Below are positions 28,491 through 43,285 of a DNA stretch of 64,000 nt, in pieces. Position 1 is the stretch's first letter; every line of letters starts with the position of its first letter. The stretch is taken from the NCBI RefSeq assembly GCF_009914755.1, contig NC_060947.1; one strand, 5' to 3'. Made by a program: the position numbers and the translations under genes. The stretch comes from the human T2T-CHM13v2.0 reference genome, Homo sapiens. The notes below the pieces were generated by a model, which saw only the letters and a list, made by a program, of their open reading frames with translations, was not told the origin of the DNA and did no database searches.

Positions 28491-28716
28491 AGGGAATGAG
28501 ATGTGGATCACTTTAAATTATCAGGCAAATGCCAGAATGGTTACTTGGAAGGAAGTGGTCCTTTGGGAATGCAGGCAACCCCGTTTGCTAGGCTGAAGAA
28601 ATGTCTTTATGTCCTTATCTTTGGCTATCAGCTTGAGTCATTTGAGTGTAGTAGAGAACTGGAAACTGTGTCAAGGTTTGCTGAGCCCTGCCTCTGGCAG
28701 GAGAAAACAAACTTTT

Positions 28717-29053
<337 letters not shown>

Positions 29054-29082
29054 TTAACAAAGAATTATAAGAAATCACTACA

Positions 29083-32000
29083 ATTCACCCCTTGGTGCCT
29101 TGGCATCAGAAAAATGGAAGGCAGTTATAGTTGAGTTGTGGGGATCTACTGACTTTAAGAGAAAAGAGTGTTTATGGTAGCTATGTTTGGAGACACAAGG
29201 TGAGAGATTATGGTGGAAAGCTGGAGGAAGGTAGTAGGAAAACTCAGCAGCAAGCGGGTGGTCTGCTCCCAAAGAGGTCAAAGGAGCCGAAGAATTGACT
29301 AATATGGGAGTGGTGCCTCCTGGGGAACGCAATAATCTACATCAAGTTTAGTATCCATTGTCTGAGTTCCCTTTAGGTATGAAAGTACGAGAGTCTACAT
29401 TTGAACAGAGAGCAAGAACTATACCATGGACTAAGCAAACAGTGAATGCAGGAAGAAAAGCAAAAATGCCTTATGCCTATTTGCGTCTTAGGAGAGGCAG
29501 TCCATGAACATCACTGGGTAGAGGTTTAATATAAGTGGTAAGGTAATCTGCGGCACAGAGGGCAAAGTCATCTCCAGCATTGAAGTCTTAGGTTGGGTCA
29601 GTGTCTCCTGTGGCAATGTCATCTCCTGCAGCAAGATTTTGGGCCAGGGCAAAGTAAGCTAGGATGTAGAGCTGGGGTATCCTTTTCAAGTAGATATACA
29701 CTAGAGTTGATGTGGGCCTCAGCATTTATCATAATTGGTTAAAGCAGTCACCTACTGGAGAGTTTGGGCCTCCAGTTGTAAACCAAAGCACCCAAACCAG
29801 TAGTTAAGTAATACAACCAGCAATCAACAGAATAGTGTACAGCTACACCTGACAGAATTTTGTGTTGGATGAAAGTTTAAGTGGAATAATCTGAGTCCCA
29901 GAAGATTATGTGCCCTCAGTCTAGTCTCCGGCCTCTATAAAATGGAGTAAGATCAAAAATAAATAAAAATAGGTGAAAGCCTGGGGTAAACTAGAGAATT
30001 TTTGAAGTTTATTTGTTTCACTGTAATTTGAAAAAGAGTTATTTGAGTACATCATTATGTCTCTCAGTTAAATCAGTTATTTGAGACTTGTCAGGGACAT
30101 GAAAGTTCTATTGAATGCCTCACTTAAGGGCCCAGCATGACGTACTCTAAAAAGTGAAATTATGATTTCTTTACTATTAGTACTGTCTGCAACACTGAAG
30201 GGAATAAGGAATATCCTAGCAAGGCAATGTACTGTGGTCTTAGTGTATGTGGAGATGTGTTATTTTGATTTATATTTTGAGTGTCTGTGAGGCAAGACAT
30301 TTCCCAGAGGTTTTTGTTTGTTTGTTTTCAACATTGAAGGGGACAATTTTTAGGTAATGGTTCAATACAAATAGTTCAATAGTTTATAATAAATGTGAAG
30401 ATGAGACCACTTGTAGACCAGGTCATCTTGTGTGAACATGACTGCCTGGAGTTAGTCCAAGTGCGTTGTTTCTTGGGTCCCATTCTTTATTAGGGACATT
30501 CAGGCTAAGGAACGGAAAGCAGCACATTCCACTAAGCTCCATATTATATGGAGTGCTATTTGCACCATCAACAAACTTTCATTATTGTTCACTCAATTAA
30601 TCCCAAGGGCTTTCTCAGGTAGTCAACGGGTCTTGGAGAGGGATGACCTTCTCCAATACCATGGCACCTGGCAAGAGGCTGAGACAAAGGAAGCCTCTCC
30701 CTCCAGCAAATGGAATATAGAAGGGGGCTCAGGATTGACTCCATCCTGTCCTTTGGAGGCCTCAGTAGCCATGCTGAGCTTGCAGGGTACTGTTTCCATG
30801 ATCCAAATCATAATGGAAAACTGGGTATGAAAGACCACAGGCTCAAGGTCTGTGAGAGCCTCTATTTTCAAGACAGCCCAGTAGGTAGACAGCCATTTGC
30901 TGTTTTAATGGTGTATAGCACAAGGCCAAAAAAAGGCAATACCCTGCACCAGAAGCCCTGGGGCAACTAATGGTTACTATATATAGTCCAGAGACTCCAG
31001 GAGGCATTACAATGGATTGTTAAAGCCTCTACAGTGAAAGAGTTCTATGAGATTATTAATAGGAGTGTCTGTTGACTTTATTTTAAAAGTAAAATTTGTA
31101 AATGAGAAATATGTTGCCACCAAAACCCAAAAGTACTAAGAAATATTAAACTTAAATGTTCTTAAAGAATATACCAAATGAATCTCCTTGGATGAGGGTA
31201 TCCTCAATGTACTGTCATACCTGGGCTCCTAGAGAAAGTGGGTATCATTAAAATCTTGTCTGCAAAGACTGCGTATGATGACAAAGCTGTAGAGGTCACC
31301 CATGGGCAGCCTGGAAATGTGTATTATGTTCCTTAAGAGATGGATGCAAACTGCAGCTGAGAGGCTATTGAAATAGGCACTAAAGAGAACATGTTAGCCA
31401 AATCTATAAGAACAAAATATTTATCAGTTATTGATTGAAAACAATCATAATATTAAGTATTAGGATTGGGGTACTAATGGATGGCGCCACAGTGTTATGG
31501 GTGTAATAATTATTCAAAAGGCACCCTTCATATATGTATTTTTTCTTACACTTGAGAACAGCCAAAATTGAGCTGTTAAGTGGAGAAGCAGTGGGGGTAA
31601 TCACACTTTTACTAATTAGGTTTTATATAATGAGTGCTAATTCTTAAAAACTCCATTTTGACTTACATCAGGCCACATTAACTATCTTACTGGGGCTTGT
31701 GGGGTCCCATTTTACAAAACCAATTCATAAGTACAAAAAGCTTACTTCAATTTTAATTTATTTATTGTGTCAGAGCATCTATGTCTAACAGAATATTTTA
31801 CAGCAATAGGTATATGACTGTACAGGGAAAGGCCACAGCTAAAATGAGGCATATAAATTTTTCTCTATTTTGTATTTAATTACCTTCTCAAGATTATATG
31901 GATAGAGTGTTTAAATTTAGCAGTATCCCAGGTATAACTATAATTTGAGCCCCAGTATTTATTAAGTCCATGAATTTGTATTAGTGCATTTTAGCAAATA

Positions 32001-32930
32001 TTAAAGTTATAATGTATATTGTAGAGGTACAAAAGCCAATCAGTGCCTCTTTTATAATTTTGTTATATAAATTTTTAGTATATAAATATATAAATTTTTA
32101 ACTTCTAATTGAATCAAATTATGGAAAACTATCACATAAAAATTTGTTATATATTTACATTTAAATATAATTTATTGAATTACATTTTATTTTACCATCA
32201 TACCTAGCAGTTTGTTCATAAGTGAGTAAGTAATCTAGGGCTAGCATTATGTTTTCTCAGACCTAGGATTTACTCAGTGCTTAAAGTTTAAATTTCCTTT
32301 TTTTTTTTTTCTTGGAATTGTAGCCATCTAAAGAAGTAGTCTCTTTTACATTTTTTTCTCTCTGTCTAAAAATATTTTTAGTCACCTGAAACTGAGGTTC
32401 TTGGTTTCTGTCTCTAACTGATAAGATGAAAAGGAGGAAAAGGGCCCACAGTCTCTGGGTAGTAGTCTCTTCCTGGAAATGCCCCCACCACAACATAATA
32501 GGGAGCTTTCAGTTATTCGTCAAGTGGCTGTACTGGGCTACAGTTGGCCCAGGAAGCTGTACAATGGTTAGTCGAGGAGACTCAGAAATCCTAGAGACTT
32601 GGCTCTGGTCAGCTGTAGGATGTGCCTGGTCAGATCTTCAATAGCACCATCAAACTTGGATGCCTGTCTATTTGATTGTCAGTGGCAATGGCTTTACAGA
32701 TATTCAAGGGAAGGACAAGATTTGGCTTTCTGTTATTTCTACAGTCTGTTATGGACCAGGTTGGGTAGCAAAAAGCTCTCCATTGGAGGTATTCTTTACA
32801 AATCTCTTAATAATACTTGTGTGTGATTTCCAAAGTAGTATTTTAAAAGTGTTTAAATTTCTTATTTTAAGAAAATCATAGAAATATGCAACTTAAAAGG
32901 CAAAGATTCTCAGTTGTCAGTTTTTGTGTG
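29083..32930 (-). mobile_element. Class III (ERVL-related, ERVL47-int-like) proviral internal region; degenerate gag/pro/pol; 5' LTR absent
   Basis: Minus-strand RT remnants PTASPLNSSILAVLK (about 31595-31551) and KYFVLIDLANMFSLVPI (about 31420-31370), matching ERVL-type RT. Confidence 0.7.
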
Positions 32931-32942
32931 GTTTTTTTTTTA

Positions 32943-33740
32943 AAGACATTTATGCAGCCAAAAAACACATGAAAAAATGCTCATCATCACTGGCCATCAG
33001 AGAAATGCAAATCAAAACCACAATGAGATACCATCTCACACCAGTTAGAATGGCAATCATTAAAAAGTCAGGAAACAACAGGTGCTGGAGAGGATGTGGA
33101 GAAATAGGAACACTTTTACACTGTTGGTGGGACTGTGAACTAGTTCAACCATTGTGGAAGTCAGTGTGGCGATGCCTCAGGGATCTAGAACTGGAAATAC
33201 CATTTGACCCAGCCATCCCATTACTGGGTATATACCCAAAGGATTATAAATCATGCTGCTATAAAGACACATACACACGTATGTTTATTGCGGCTCTATT
33301 CACAATAGCAAAGACTTGGAACCAACCCAAATGTCCAACAATGATAGACTGGATTAAGAAAATGTGGCACATGTACACCATGGAATACTATGCAGCCATA
33401 AAAAATGATGAGTTCACGTCCTTTGTAGGGACATGGATGAAACTGGAAACCATCATTCTCAGCAAACTATCGCAAGGACAAAAAACCAAACGCTGCATGT
33501 TCTCACTCACTGGTGGGAATTGAACAAGGAGAACACATGGACACAGGAAGGGGAATATCACACACCGGGGCCTGTCATGGGGTGGGGGGAGTGGGGAGGG
33601 AAAACATTAGGAGGTACACCTAATGTAAATGACGAGTTGATGGGTGCAGCACACCAACATGGCACACGTATACATATGTAACAAACCTGCATGTTGTGCA
33701 CATGTACCCTAGAACTTAAAGTATAATAATAATAATAAAA
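32943..33740 (+). mobile_element. 5'-truncated L1PA5-like element with an open ORF2 C-terminus
   Basis: ORF 32924-33523 is the L1 ORF2p C-terminus (...[19 protein letters not shown]...MFSLTGGN); 3'UTR 'aatgtaaatgacgagttgatgggtgcagcacaccaacatgg...ccctagaacttaaag'. Confidence 0.93.
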
Positions 33741-34892
33741 GTCTTTAATCAATTTGATTAGATATTTGTGTATAGTGAGAGATGGGGGTTTACTTTCATG
33801 ATACTGCCTACAGTTATCCTGTTTCCTCATCACCATTTATTAAAAAGACTACCCTTTTTCTCGTGTATGTTTTTGGTGCCATTGTCAAAGATGAGTTGGC
33901 TGCAAATGTGTGGATTTATATCTGGATTCTCTATTATGTTCCATTTGTCTGTGTGTCTGTTTTCATGTCAATGCCGTGCTGTTTGGTTACTATTGTTCTT
34001 TAGTAAATTTTTAATTCAGATAGTGTGATGCCTCCAGCTTTCTTTTAGCTCAGGATTGCTTTGGCTATTGAGTGTCTTTTGTGATTCTTTAAGAATCCTA
34101 AAAGAATTTAGGATTCTTTTTTCTGTTTCTATGAAGAACATCATTAATATTTTGATAGAGATTGTGTGCATTAAATTTACAAATTGCTTTATGTAGCACT
34201 GTGATTTTAACAACATTCGATCTTTCAATCCATAAGTATGAAATGTCTTCCCATATTGTTGTCTTCTCATCAATTTCTTTCATCCGTGTTTTATAGTTTT
34301 CCTTTTATAGATCTTTCATTTGTTTGGTTCTATTGATTCCTAGGTATTTTCTATTCTTTGGAGATATTATAAATGGGACTGCTTTCTTGATTTCTTTTAC
34401 GGGTTGTTGGATGTTGGTGTATATAAATATACTACTTTTTATGTTAATTTTGTATCCTGCAATGTTATTTGTCAGTTTAAATAGTTTTTTGGTGTATTCT
34501 TTAGGTACTTCTAGGTATAAGATCATGTTATCTTCAAACAAGGATAATTTTACTTCTTCATTTCCAACTTGGATGCCTTTTATGTCTTTCTGTTGCCTAA
34601 TTGCTCTAGCCAGGATTCCCAGTATTATGTTAAAGAAAAGCAGTGGAAGTGGGCATTCTTGTCTTGTTCCAATACTTAGAGAAAAAGCCTTAATTTTTTA
34701 TCATTTCGTATGGTATTAACTGTGGGTTTGTCATATATGATCTTTATTATTTTCAGGTATATTCCTTCTGTAACCATTCAGATGAGGGTTTTATCATAAA
34801 TGGATGTTGAATGTTATAAAATTCTTTTTTAGTATATGTTGAAATAATCATATGATTTTTGTTTTTTATTTTGTTAATGTGATGTATCACCA

Positions 34893-35207
<315 letters not shown>

Positions 35208-35465
35208 TGATTTCCTGGAATGAATTCTGGTTGATAATGGTGAATGATCTTTTTAACATGCCATTTATTTCAGTTTCTAGTATTTTATTGAAGATCTTTG
35301 GATCTATGCTTATCAGGGATATTGGTTTTTAGTTTTTTTTTTATTGGAGTTGTCATATCCTTGTTTTTAATTTATCAGTATAATTATGGCCTTGTAGAAT
35401 AGGTTTGGGAATATTCCCTCCTCTTCAATTGTTCAAGAGAGTGAGAGTAAGATTGGTTTTAATTA

Positions 35466-35891
<426 letters not shown>

Positions 35892-37117
35892 TTAAAAATT
35901 TCTTCATGGTTACACATGTCAAGGAGGTTATCCATTTCTTTTAGGTTTCCCAACTTATAGGCATATAGTTGTTCATAATAGTCTCTAATGATTTTTTTTT
36001 GTATTTCTGACATCTCAGTTGTTATGTTGTCTCTTTTCTGATTTTATTTGAGTCTTTTTTTATTACTAGGTATAGCTTAAGGATTAATTTTGCTTACCTT
36101 TTTAAAACACCAAACTCGTTTGTACTAATTTTAGTCTCAAATTCATTTAATTCAGCTCTGATTTTTAAAACTCATTTCCTTACAGTAATTTTGACTTTGG
36201 TTTGCTCTTGCTTTTCTAGTTCCTTGAGGTGCATCTTCCGGTTGTTAATTTGAAAATTTTCTGCTTTTTTGATACAGGCATTTGTTGCTATAAACTTCCC
36301 TCTTAGTATTGCTTTTGTCATAACCCTTAAATTTTGCTATGTTGTGTTTCCATTTTCCTGTTTTGTCCCTGACTTTTGAGAATTTGATTATTGTATGCTT
36401 TGGGGTAGTCTAATTTTGGTTGAATCTGTTTGGTGTTCTCAGATGATCCTGTACCTGGCTATCTGTATCTTACTCAATTTGTGAAGTTTTCTTTTATTAT
36501 TTCCCTGAATAATATTTCTACCCCTTGCTCTTGCTCCATCTCAAACACCAGTAAGTATTAGATTTGGTGTTTTTAGGTAATTTTCTATATCTTTTAGGCA
36601 GTCATCATTCTTTTTTTTCTTTTCTCTTCTCTGAATGTATATTTTCACTTAACCAATATTTTATCTGACTGATTCTTTCCTCTGCTTGATCCAATTCTCT
36701 GTTGAGAGCCTCTAATAATAGTTCAACAAATATATTTCCCAGTTCCAAATTTTCTGTTTGATTTAAAAAACTTATTTCAATCTCCTTGCTAAGTTGCTCT
36801 GATAAATTTCTGAATTGTTTCTGTGTTACCTTGGAAATTATTGAGTTTTCTTAAAACTGCTATTTTAAATGTATGGTCAGATAGCTCACAAATTGCCATC
36901 TCATTATGATCAGTCACTGGATCCTTTCTTTGTCCTTTTGGGGAACCCATGGTTTTCTGTTTGCTATTGTGTTTGTAAGTATACTCTACTTCTTTGTGTT
37001 GAAGCATTACTTATTTATTCCAGTTTCCTCTGACAAACTTGTTTTTTTTTTTTCATTGAATATTTCCTTCACAAATTTTTACTGTTAGGTTACTGCCTCC
37101 TTTTCAGCCCCAGGTGA

Positions 37118-37272
37118 AAGCTCAGGTTCATCTCAGCTCTGGTAAAAGGTTAGAAGCACTGCCAGTCCCAAATGGGAGAGGTCCAAAAGGGATTTAAGCT
37201 CAGGCTCATCTCAGCTCTAGTAAATGTTAGAAGCACTGCCAGTTCCAAATGGGAGAGTCCCAAAAGGGATTA
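37118..37272. repeat. 78-bp tandem duplication within the L1 5'UTR
   Basis: 'aagctcaggttcatctcagctctggtaaa...ccaaaagggatt' occurs at 37118-37195 and 37196-37272. Confidence 0.9.
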
Positions 37273-38029
37273 TTCTGGCAGTGTGGGAAGGCTGGCTCAG
37301 AGTTTGTGCCCAGAGGACCTGTGGAACATACCTCCTACTGTGTGGTGTTGCTAAATACCCACTCTGATTTTGCGTCTTCTTTGGCCAAAGTACAGAGCAG
37401 ATTGTCCATGGCTGGAGATGATTGTCCCCCCACCCCTTGCTTCTGCTGGTTTTCGGGGATACTTCTTCCTTTAGGCTGTCACAATGCTTTCTGTGGGTTA
37501 AGACAGGTTCAACTTTCCTGCCAGAGAACCCAAGATGGTGCAGAAGCTGGTTCACCCCCTCAATCTGACTTTTTCTAGCGTAGAAACCATGCGCTGGGGG
37601 AGAGTTTCTGTATGCTTGGTTCTGGGAAGAACTGGAGAGAAGGGCATCACACATGTGGAACTTTGATTCTCTAACCATATGCTCAGAGTTTTTGTTGTTG
37701 TTGTTTTACTGATCTGTGGCCCCTTGAACTGTTTCATCTTCATATTTAAGTTCTGGCTTTGTGGCCAGTATAATTTAGGTGCTATATATTTGTTTTGGGT
37801 TTTCTTTTGGGGAAAGTGATGCCTATTTACTTCTACAACACTATTTTGGAACCTGAAGTCCAATTCCTTTTTAAGTACTACAAAGGCAGGCTACATTAAT
37901 GAATGATTTTTGAAATTAAGATATTGTGTATCTTTTGGAGGTAGTTACTGGAAAAATGCATGTAGCAGCATTTAAGATGCTAATTATATTAATTTTCTTT
38001 ACCTGGTTGATGGTTACATGATCACTGAA

Positions 38030-38815
38030 AAGTAAACTGAAGTTAGGATCTTCTCACCACATCTTTCAACCTGATCTGACATGACTCCTTCAGTATTACT
38101 CATATCACAAAGTGGCAACTTTCTCTTTCCAGTGGCTCAGGCCAAAAGTTTAAAACATCTTTGATTCCTTGCTGCTTCAGAGAATTCTTGTTGTAATCAC
38201 CAGTACATCTTACCTGAGTAATTTCCGTAATATCTTAAGTAATTTCCGTATACCCTAACTGGCCTCCTTGCTTCTGCCTTTGCTCTCTACTGCGGTTACC
38301 AGTGATTTTGGTTTCATTGGGACTGAGGAGTTTCCCCGAATGTGGGACTGCCAATGTCAAAACCATGACAGCCCTGGACAAAAGAGGACAAGTTGGCCAA
38401 CCTCTATTCTCGTTGCTTTTCTATTTAAAGTCCTGAAATGGCTTTCCACTACAATTAGAATAAAAGTGAATGTTTTAAAATTATTCTATAATGCCCTCCC
38501 TAGTTGGAACCCCATTATATCTTTGACATGTTTTCCTACTCTTCTTAGGTTCACTTGCTCTGCTCTATCCACTCTGGTTTTTTTGCTGTTCCTATAATAT
38601 GCCAGGCATGTGTCTGTATTAAGTCTTTCATAGTTGCTATTCACAATGCCAGAAATGTTTTGTTTTTTATTTCTCAGATAGATACTTGGCTAACTCCTTT
38701 GCCTCCTTCAGGTCTTAATGGGTCTGTGTACTTTGAAACTTACCCTGTTTTGTTCACTGTATTTCAAATTGCCATCCTCAGAATTCACGGGTCCCCCTAA
38801 TCCCCTCATTTTCTA
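38030..38815 (+). mobile_element. L2 fragment
   Basis: 'ccagtggctcaggccaaaagtttaaaacatctttgattcc', 'atggctttccactacaattagaataaaa'. Confidence 0.7.
38293..38403. mobile_element. MER81-like hAT-Blackjack MITE inside the L2
   Basis: Termini 'ggttaccag' and 'ttggccaacc'; internal 'gggactgaggagtttcccc'. Confidence 0.65.
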
Positions 38816-38822
38816 GAATACT

Positions 38823-39285
38823 TGTGATTGCTAATTTTATGTCAAATTGGCTGTGCCCAATGTTCAGATATTTGGTTGAATATTATTATAGATATGTTTA
38901 AGAAGGTATTTTTGGATGATATTAAAATTGAATCAGTGGTCTCTGTGTAAATCAGATTGTCCTCTATTCCATTTAGTTGAAGGCTGAATAGAACAAGAGA
39001 TTGACCTCCTCTGAGCAAGACCAAATATAACCAAATACTTAAATTGCAACATTATTTATTTCTGAGACTCCAGCCTGCTGACTCACTCTGCATTTTGGAC
39101 GTGCCAGCTTCTATAATTGTATGAGTTAATACGCTAATTTCTTAACGATAGACATCTCTTTCTCTCTATAAACATACATAGATAGACATAGATATTCATT
39201 ATAACATGAAACTTTCAATACCAAAACCGTGAGAGTCCTGGAAAAAAACAGGACAAGTTGGGCAACCTCTAGAGAAACATAATCT
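38823..39285 (+). mobile_element. MLT2 (MLT2D-like) 5' LTR, with a partial MER81-like piece near its end
   Basis: 'tgtgattgctaattttatgtcaa...gttgaaggctgaatagaacaa'. Confidence 0.7.
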
Positions 39286-39289
39286 TAGC

Positions 39290-41065
39290 TATGAGTCTTC
39301 TGAATTGGTACTGGTATTTTTGGATTTTTCTCTTTAATCTGATTAGATTTAAAGACACTCATGACTCCGTTTCCAGTAGTAAAGAGAGCAGCGATTGCTC
39401 ATGTCACGATGTGCTGAAAAGAGATACACAAAATACCACCATTGGATACTCCAAATGAAACACAAGAGGTAAGGGTTTGGCTAACCATGTACAATAATAT
39501 CTTCAAACATTTTTGTCAACTAGCAAATATGAGATGAGATGGTTGTATCTAACAATTCAGGACAAAGTGGAAAGAGATAAGGATGAGCTCAGAGATTCAA
39601 ATTCCAAGCTCAAGTACCAAATAAATTAAAGAAAAAAATCTTTCTGCCTGAAATGAGATATTTATCTCCTATTGCTGCAGGGCTGAGATTACTGGAAACC
39701 ATACCCAAACTATTATCCCGACAATGACTGAATTAAAGCACAAATTGGATTACCAGCCTCCCTGGGTCTCCACTGATAAAGTTAGGGTATTATTTGGGAA
39801 GAAGTGTGTTCCAGAAAGTTGAAAATGGAGACATGTGGGAAGACCCAAATGAAGCTGGGAGCACTGAGCTCAAAATTTTGAAGGAAGATCCAGCCTTCTT
39901 GAGGAGCATTGTGATTGCTCTTCTCTCTAGGCCAGAACATACAGTGGGAACTTCTGTCACCAAATTGGAAACCTAAGCACAATGAGAGTAATTGGATCAC
40001 AGGGCAGCAGGAGATAAGTGGCAACACTCAATGGCAAAAGGCAAGGTGGACATAGTTACCATAACAGACAGTAAAATCAAAGCAGCAATTAAAATAGTCT
40101 TACTTGAGCAGGACTAAGACATTGGCAAGTTGATGACAGTGTTTCTACAAGTGAAATATATAGAAAGTCTACTAAATTCTTAATTCTCCTGTATAAATAG
40201 AAAAGTTCTAGGTCAAGTAAACAAGTCTGAAATGTATCATAAAAATGAAGAGCCACAACCTCTTCATCAACAATCAATTCCCAGTTTCAAACTAGCTTAC
40301 AGACCCAGAACCCATAATAATATAAATATTTGGTGGTATACTAGGGTCCTTCCTCAAAGGGACCCGGCCTTCTCTTCATGAAGGAAAGACACTGGTACCC
40401 TACCAAATATTTATATTATTAAATTGTTACAACCCTTCTCAAAGAGACTATGAACTTGTACTAGAGTGAAGGAGTATAGAGGAAAAGAAAATAATCAGCC
40501 CTTTCATAGACTGGTGGTCACCAGCTCTGATCTGATACTAACTCCAGGAGACCCAAAACATCACTGTGGTCTAACAGTCAAGTAGGGGCTTATGGAGGTC
40601 AAGTGATCAATGGGATTTTCGCTCATGTTTATTTTACACTGGGACCAGTGAATCCAAAATGTATCTTGTATTTATTTCTACATTTCCAGAATGCATAATT
40701 GGAATAGACATACTCAATAACTGACAGAATCCCCACACTGGTTCTCTGCCATGTAGAGTGAGGAATATTATGGCATTATGGCCTGTTTGGCCTGTGCAGA
40801 AGACCAGTGGATCTTAGAGAATATTAATGGGCTACGGTAAGCTTAACAAGGTAGTGACTCCAATTGCAGCTGCTTTATGAGGTATAGTTTGAGAAAATTA
40901 ACACACAACTTGGTACTTGTTATGCAGCTATTGTTTTTTCAAATATTCTTTTATCTCCATCTCTGTTAAAGACCAACAGAAGGACTTTTCTTTCAGCTGA
41001 CAAAGTTGGCAGTCCACTTTCACTGTCTTACCTCCTGGGTGTATGGACTATAAAGCTCTGTGTTA
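39290..41065 (+). mobile_element. ERVL internal region (degenerate gag-pro-RT)
   Basis: Protease remnant 'actccaggagacccaaaacatcactgtggt...ggggcttatggaggtcaagtgatcaatggg' (PGDPKHHCG..GAYGGQVING); RT 'tggcctgtgcagaagacc...gtgactccaattgcagctgct'. Confidence 0.85.
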
Positions 41066-41066
41066 T

Positions 41067-41235
41067 TGTTACAGACTAAATTGTGCCCTCCCCCAATGTA
41101 ATAGGTTGATGTCCTAACCCCCAAAGTGACTGTACTTGAAGATAATGTCTTTAAGGAGATAATTGTGTTTAAATGAACTTTTAAGAGTTGAGCCATAAAC
41201 CAATATAAATGGTGAACTTATGAGAAGAGGAAGAG
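41067..41235 (+). mobile_element. MaLR LTR (MLT1/MSTD-like) 5' half
   Basis: 'tgttacagactaaattgtgccctccc...gtcctaacccccaaagtgactgtac'. Confidence 0.75.
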
Positions 41236-43285
41236 AAGATGGCCAACTAGACACAGCTATGAGGAATATCTGCCACTAAGGGACAAGGATATTTAAAAAA
41301 CTGGCACATGATGAGAAAACCTTCAGAGGGAAGGCATTGCCACCCCCAAGACTTGCCATGCTCCCCTAGAAGACTTTAGCTTTAGGATGGCTGTTGGACC
41401 TGAATGGAGCAGGATGACCTTGACTGTGAGATGGGGCCAGTCTGACCTGAGCAAGCCCCTGTTTGATGGCCTCTCCCACTGAGAATGCCCACATGGAAGA
41501 TGGTGCCTCTATGCCTGCCAGTGCCCCACTATAGCCGACAAGTGTGCACCTTGCAATGTTGCTGGCACAAGCAAACAAGCACAGATCCCACTGACACCGC
41601 CCAATGAAGCATTTTGCTAACACCACCAATTAGACTGTTGTGACCGGTGGTATGGGAAAACATTGGCCCTTCCAGCACAGCAGGTTTCTAAACTTGAGGG
41701 ACCAGAGAAATAGCTGATGGCCCAAAACCAGTCTCACGAAAGTAGAGCACACAGCCCAGGAGTTTTGAACTTAGCCCTGGCCCCCTAAAATCTTCCAGAA
41801 ATGAAGCCAGTTAACTGAATCTACTTTATACCACAATCAAACCCCTCAAGGACATCAAAGAAGATAAAAGCAAAGAAAAAAAGATAAAGAAAAGCAACCT
41901 CAAACATTGAAGGAACATCAGCCCGCAAATGAGAAAGAACCAGCACAAGAACTCTGGCAACTCAAAAAGACAGTGTCTTCTTTACTCCAAATGACTGTAA
42001 TAGATTCCCAGCAATGGTTCTTAAACCAGGCTTAAGTGACAGAAATAGAATCCAAAATATGGATAGGAATGAAGATCATCAAGGTTCAGAAGAAAGTCAA
42101 AACCAAATCCAAGGATTCTAAGAAATACAATAAAATAGTAGAGGAGATTAAAGACAAAATTACAGTTCTAAGAAAGAACCAAAGTGATTTGATAAAGTTG
42201 AAATATTCACTTTAAGAATTTTAGAATAAAATCACAAGTATTAACAGCACAATCAACTAACCCGAGAAAAGAATTTCAGAGTTCAAAAATCAGTTTCCAA
42301 AATCATCAAGCAAAAACAGAAAAATAATGAAGAATGAACAAAACTTCTGAGACATATGGAATTATGTAAAGAGACCAAATCTATGATGTATTGTGTTCCT
42401 GAAAGAGAGGAAAAGAAAAAAAAGCCACTTGGAAAATATATTTCAGGCTTTTATCTATGAAAATTTCCCAAACGTCTCTAGAGAGGCCAACGTTCAAATT
42501 CAGGAAATGCAGAGAACACCGACAAAATACCACAAAAGAAGACTTATTCCGACATATAATCATTAAATTCTCCAAGGTCAAAATGGAAGAAAAAATGTTC
42601 AAGAAAGCTAGAGCAAAGAGGCAGGTCACCTACAAAGAGAACACCAGCAAGCTAGCAGCAGACCTTTCAGCAGAAACTCTACAAGCCAGAACAGATTGCA
42701 GGCCTATGCTCAGCATCTTTAAAGAAAATAATTTCCAACTAAGAATTTCATATCCACCCAAACTAAGCTTTATAAACCAAAGAGAAATAATACCCTTTCA
42801 AGATAAGCACATGCTAAGGAAATGTGATATGCTAGACCTGCCTCACAAGAGGTACTGAATGGAGTGCTAAACATGGAAAGGAAAGATGACTACCAGCCAC
42901 TACAGAAACATACCTAAGTACACAGACCAGTGACACTATAAAGCAACCACACAAACAAGTCTTCACAATAATCAGCTAACAACATTATGACAGGAAAACA
43001 CACACACACGTTAATACTAACCTTAAACGTAAATGGGCTAAATGCCTGAGTTAAAAGATAGAGTGGCAAGTTGGATAAAGAAGCAAGACAGAATGGTATG
43101 TTGTCTTCAAGAGACCCATCTCACATGCAATAACACCCATAGGGTAAAAGTAAGGGAGAAAATTCTACCAAGGAAATAGAAAACATAAAAAGCTGGGGTT
43201 GCTATTCTAATTTCAGACAAAACAGATTTTAAACCAACAAATACCAAAAAAGACCAAGAAGGGCATGATGTAATGGTAAAGGGTT

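Noticed and set aside
32924-33523. 199-aa ORF, the longest in the window
   Set aside because: It is the C-terminus of L1 ORF2p in a 5'-truncated copy, with a non-ATG start in the flank; not a host gene
37118-37272. Repeat-spacer (CRISPR-like) array
   Set aside because: Only two adjacent copies with no spacers, in eukaryotic L1 sequence
38217-38250. 13-bp direct repeat agtaatttccgta
   Set aside because: Small local slippage duplication inside an L2 relic; no functional indication
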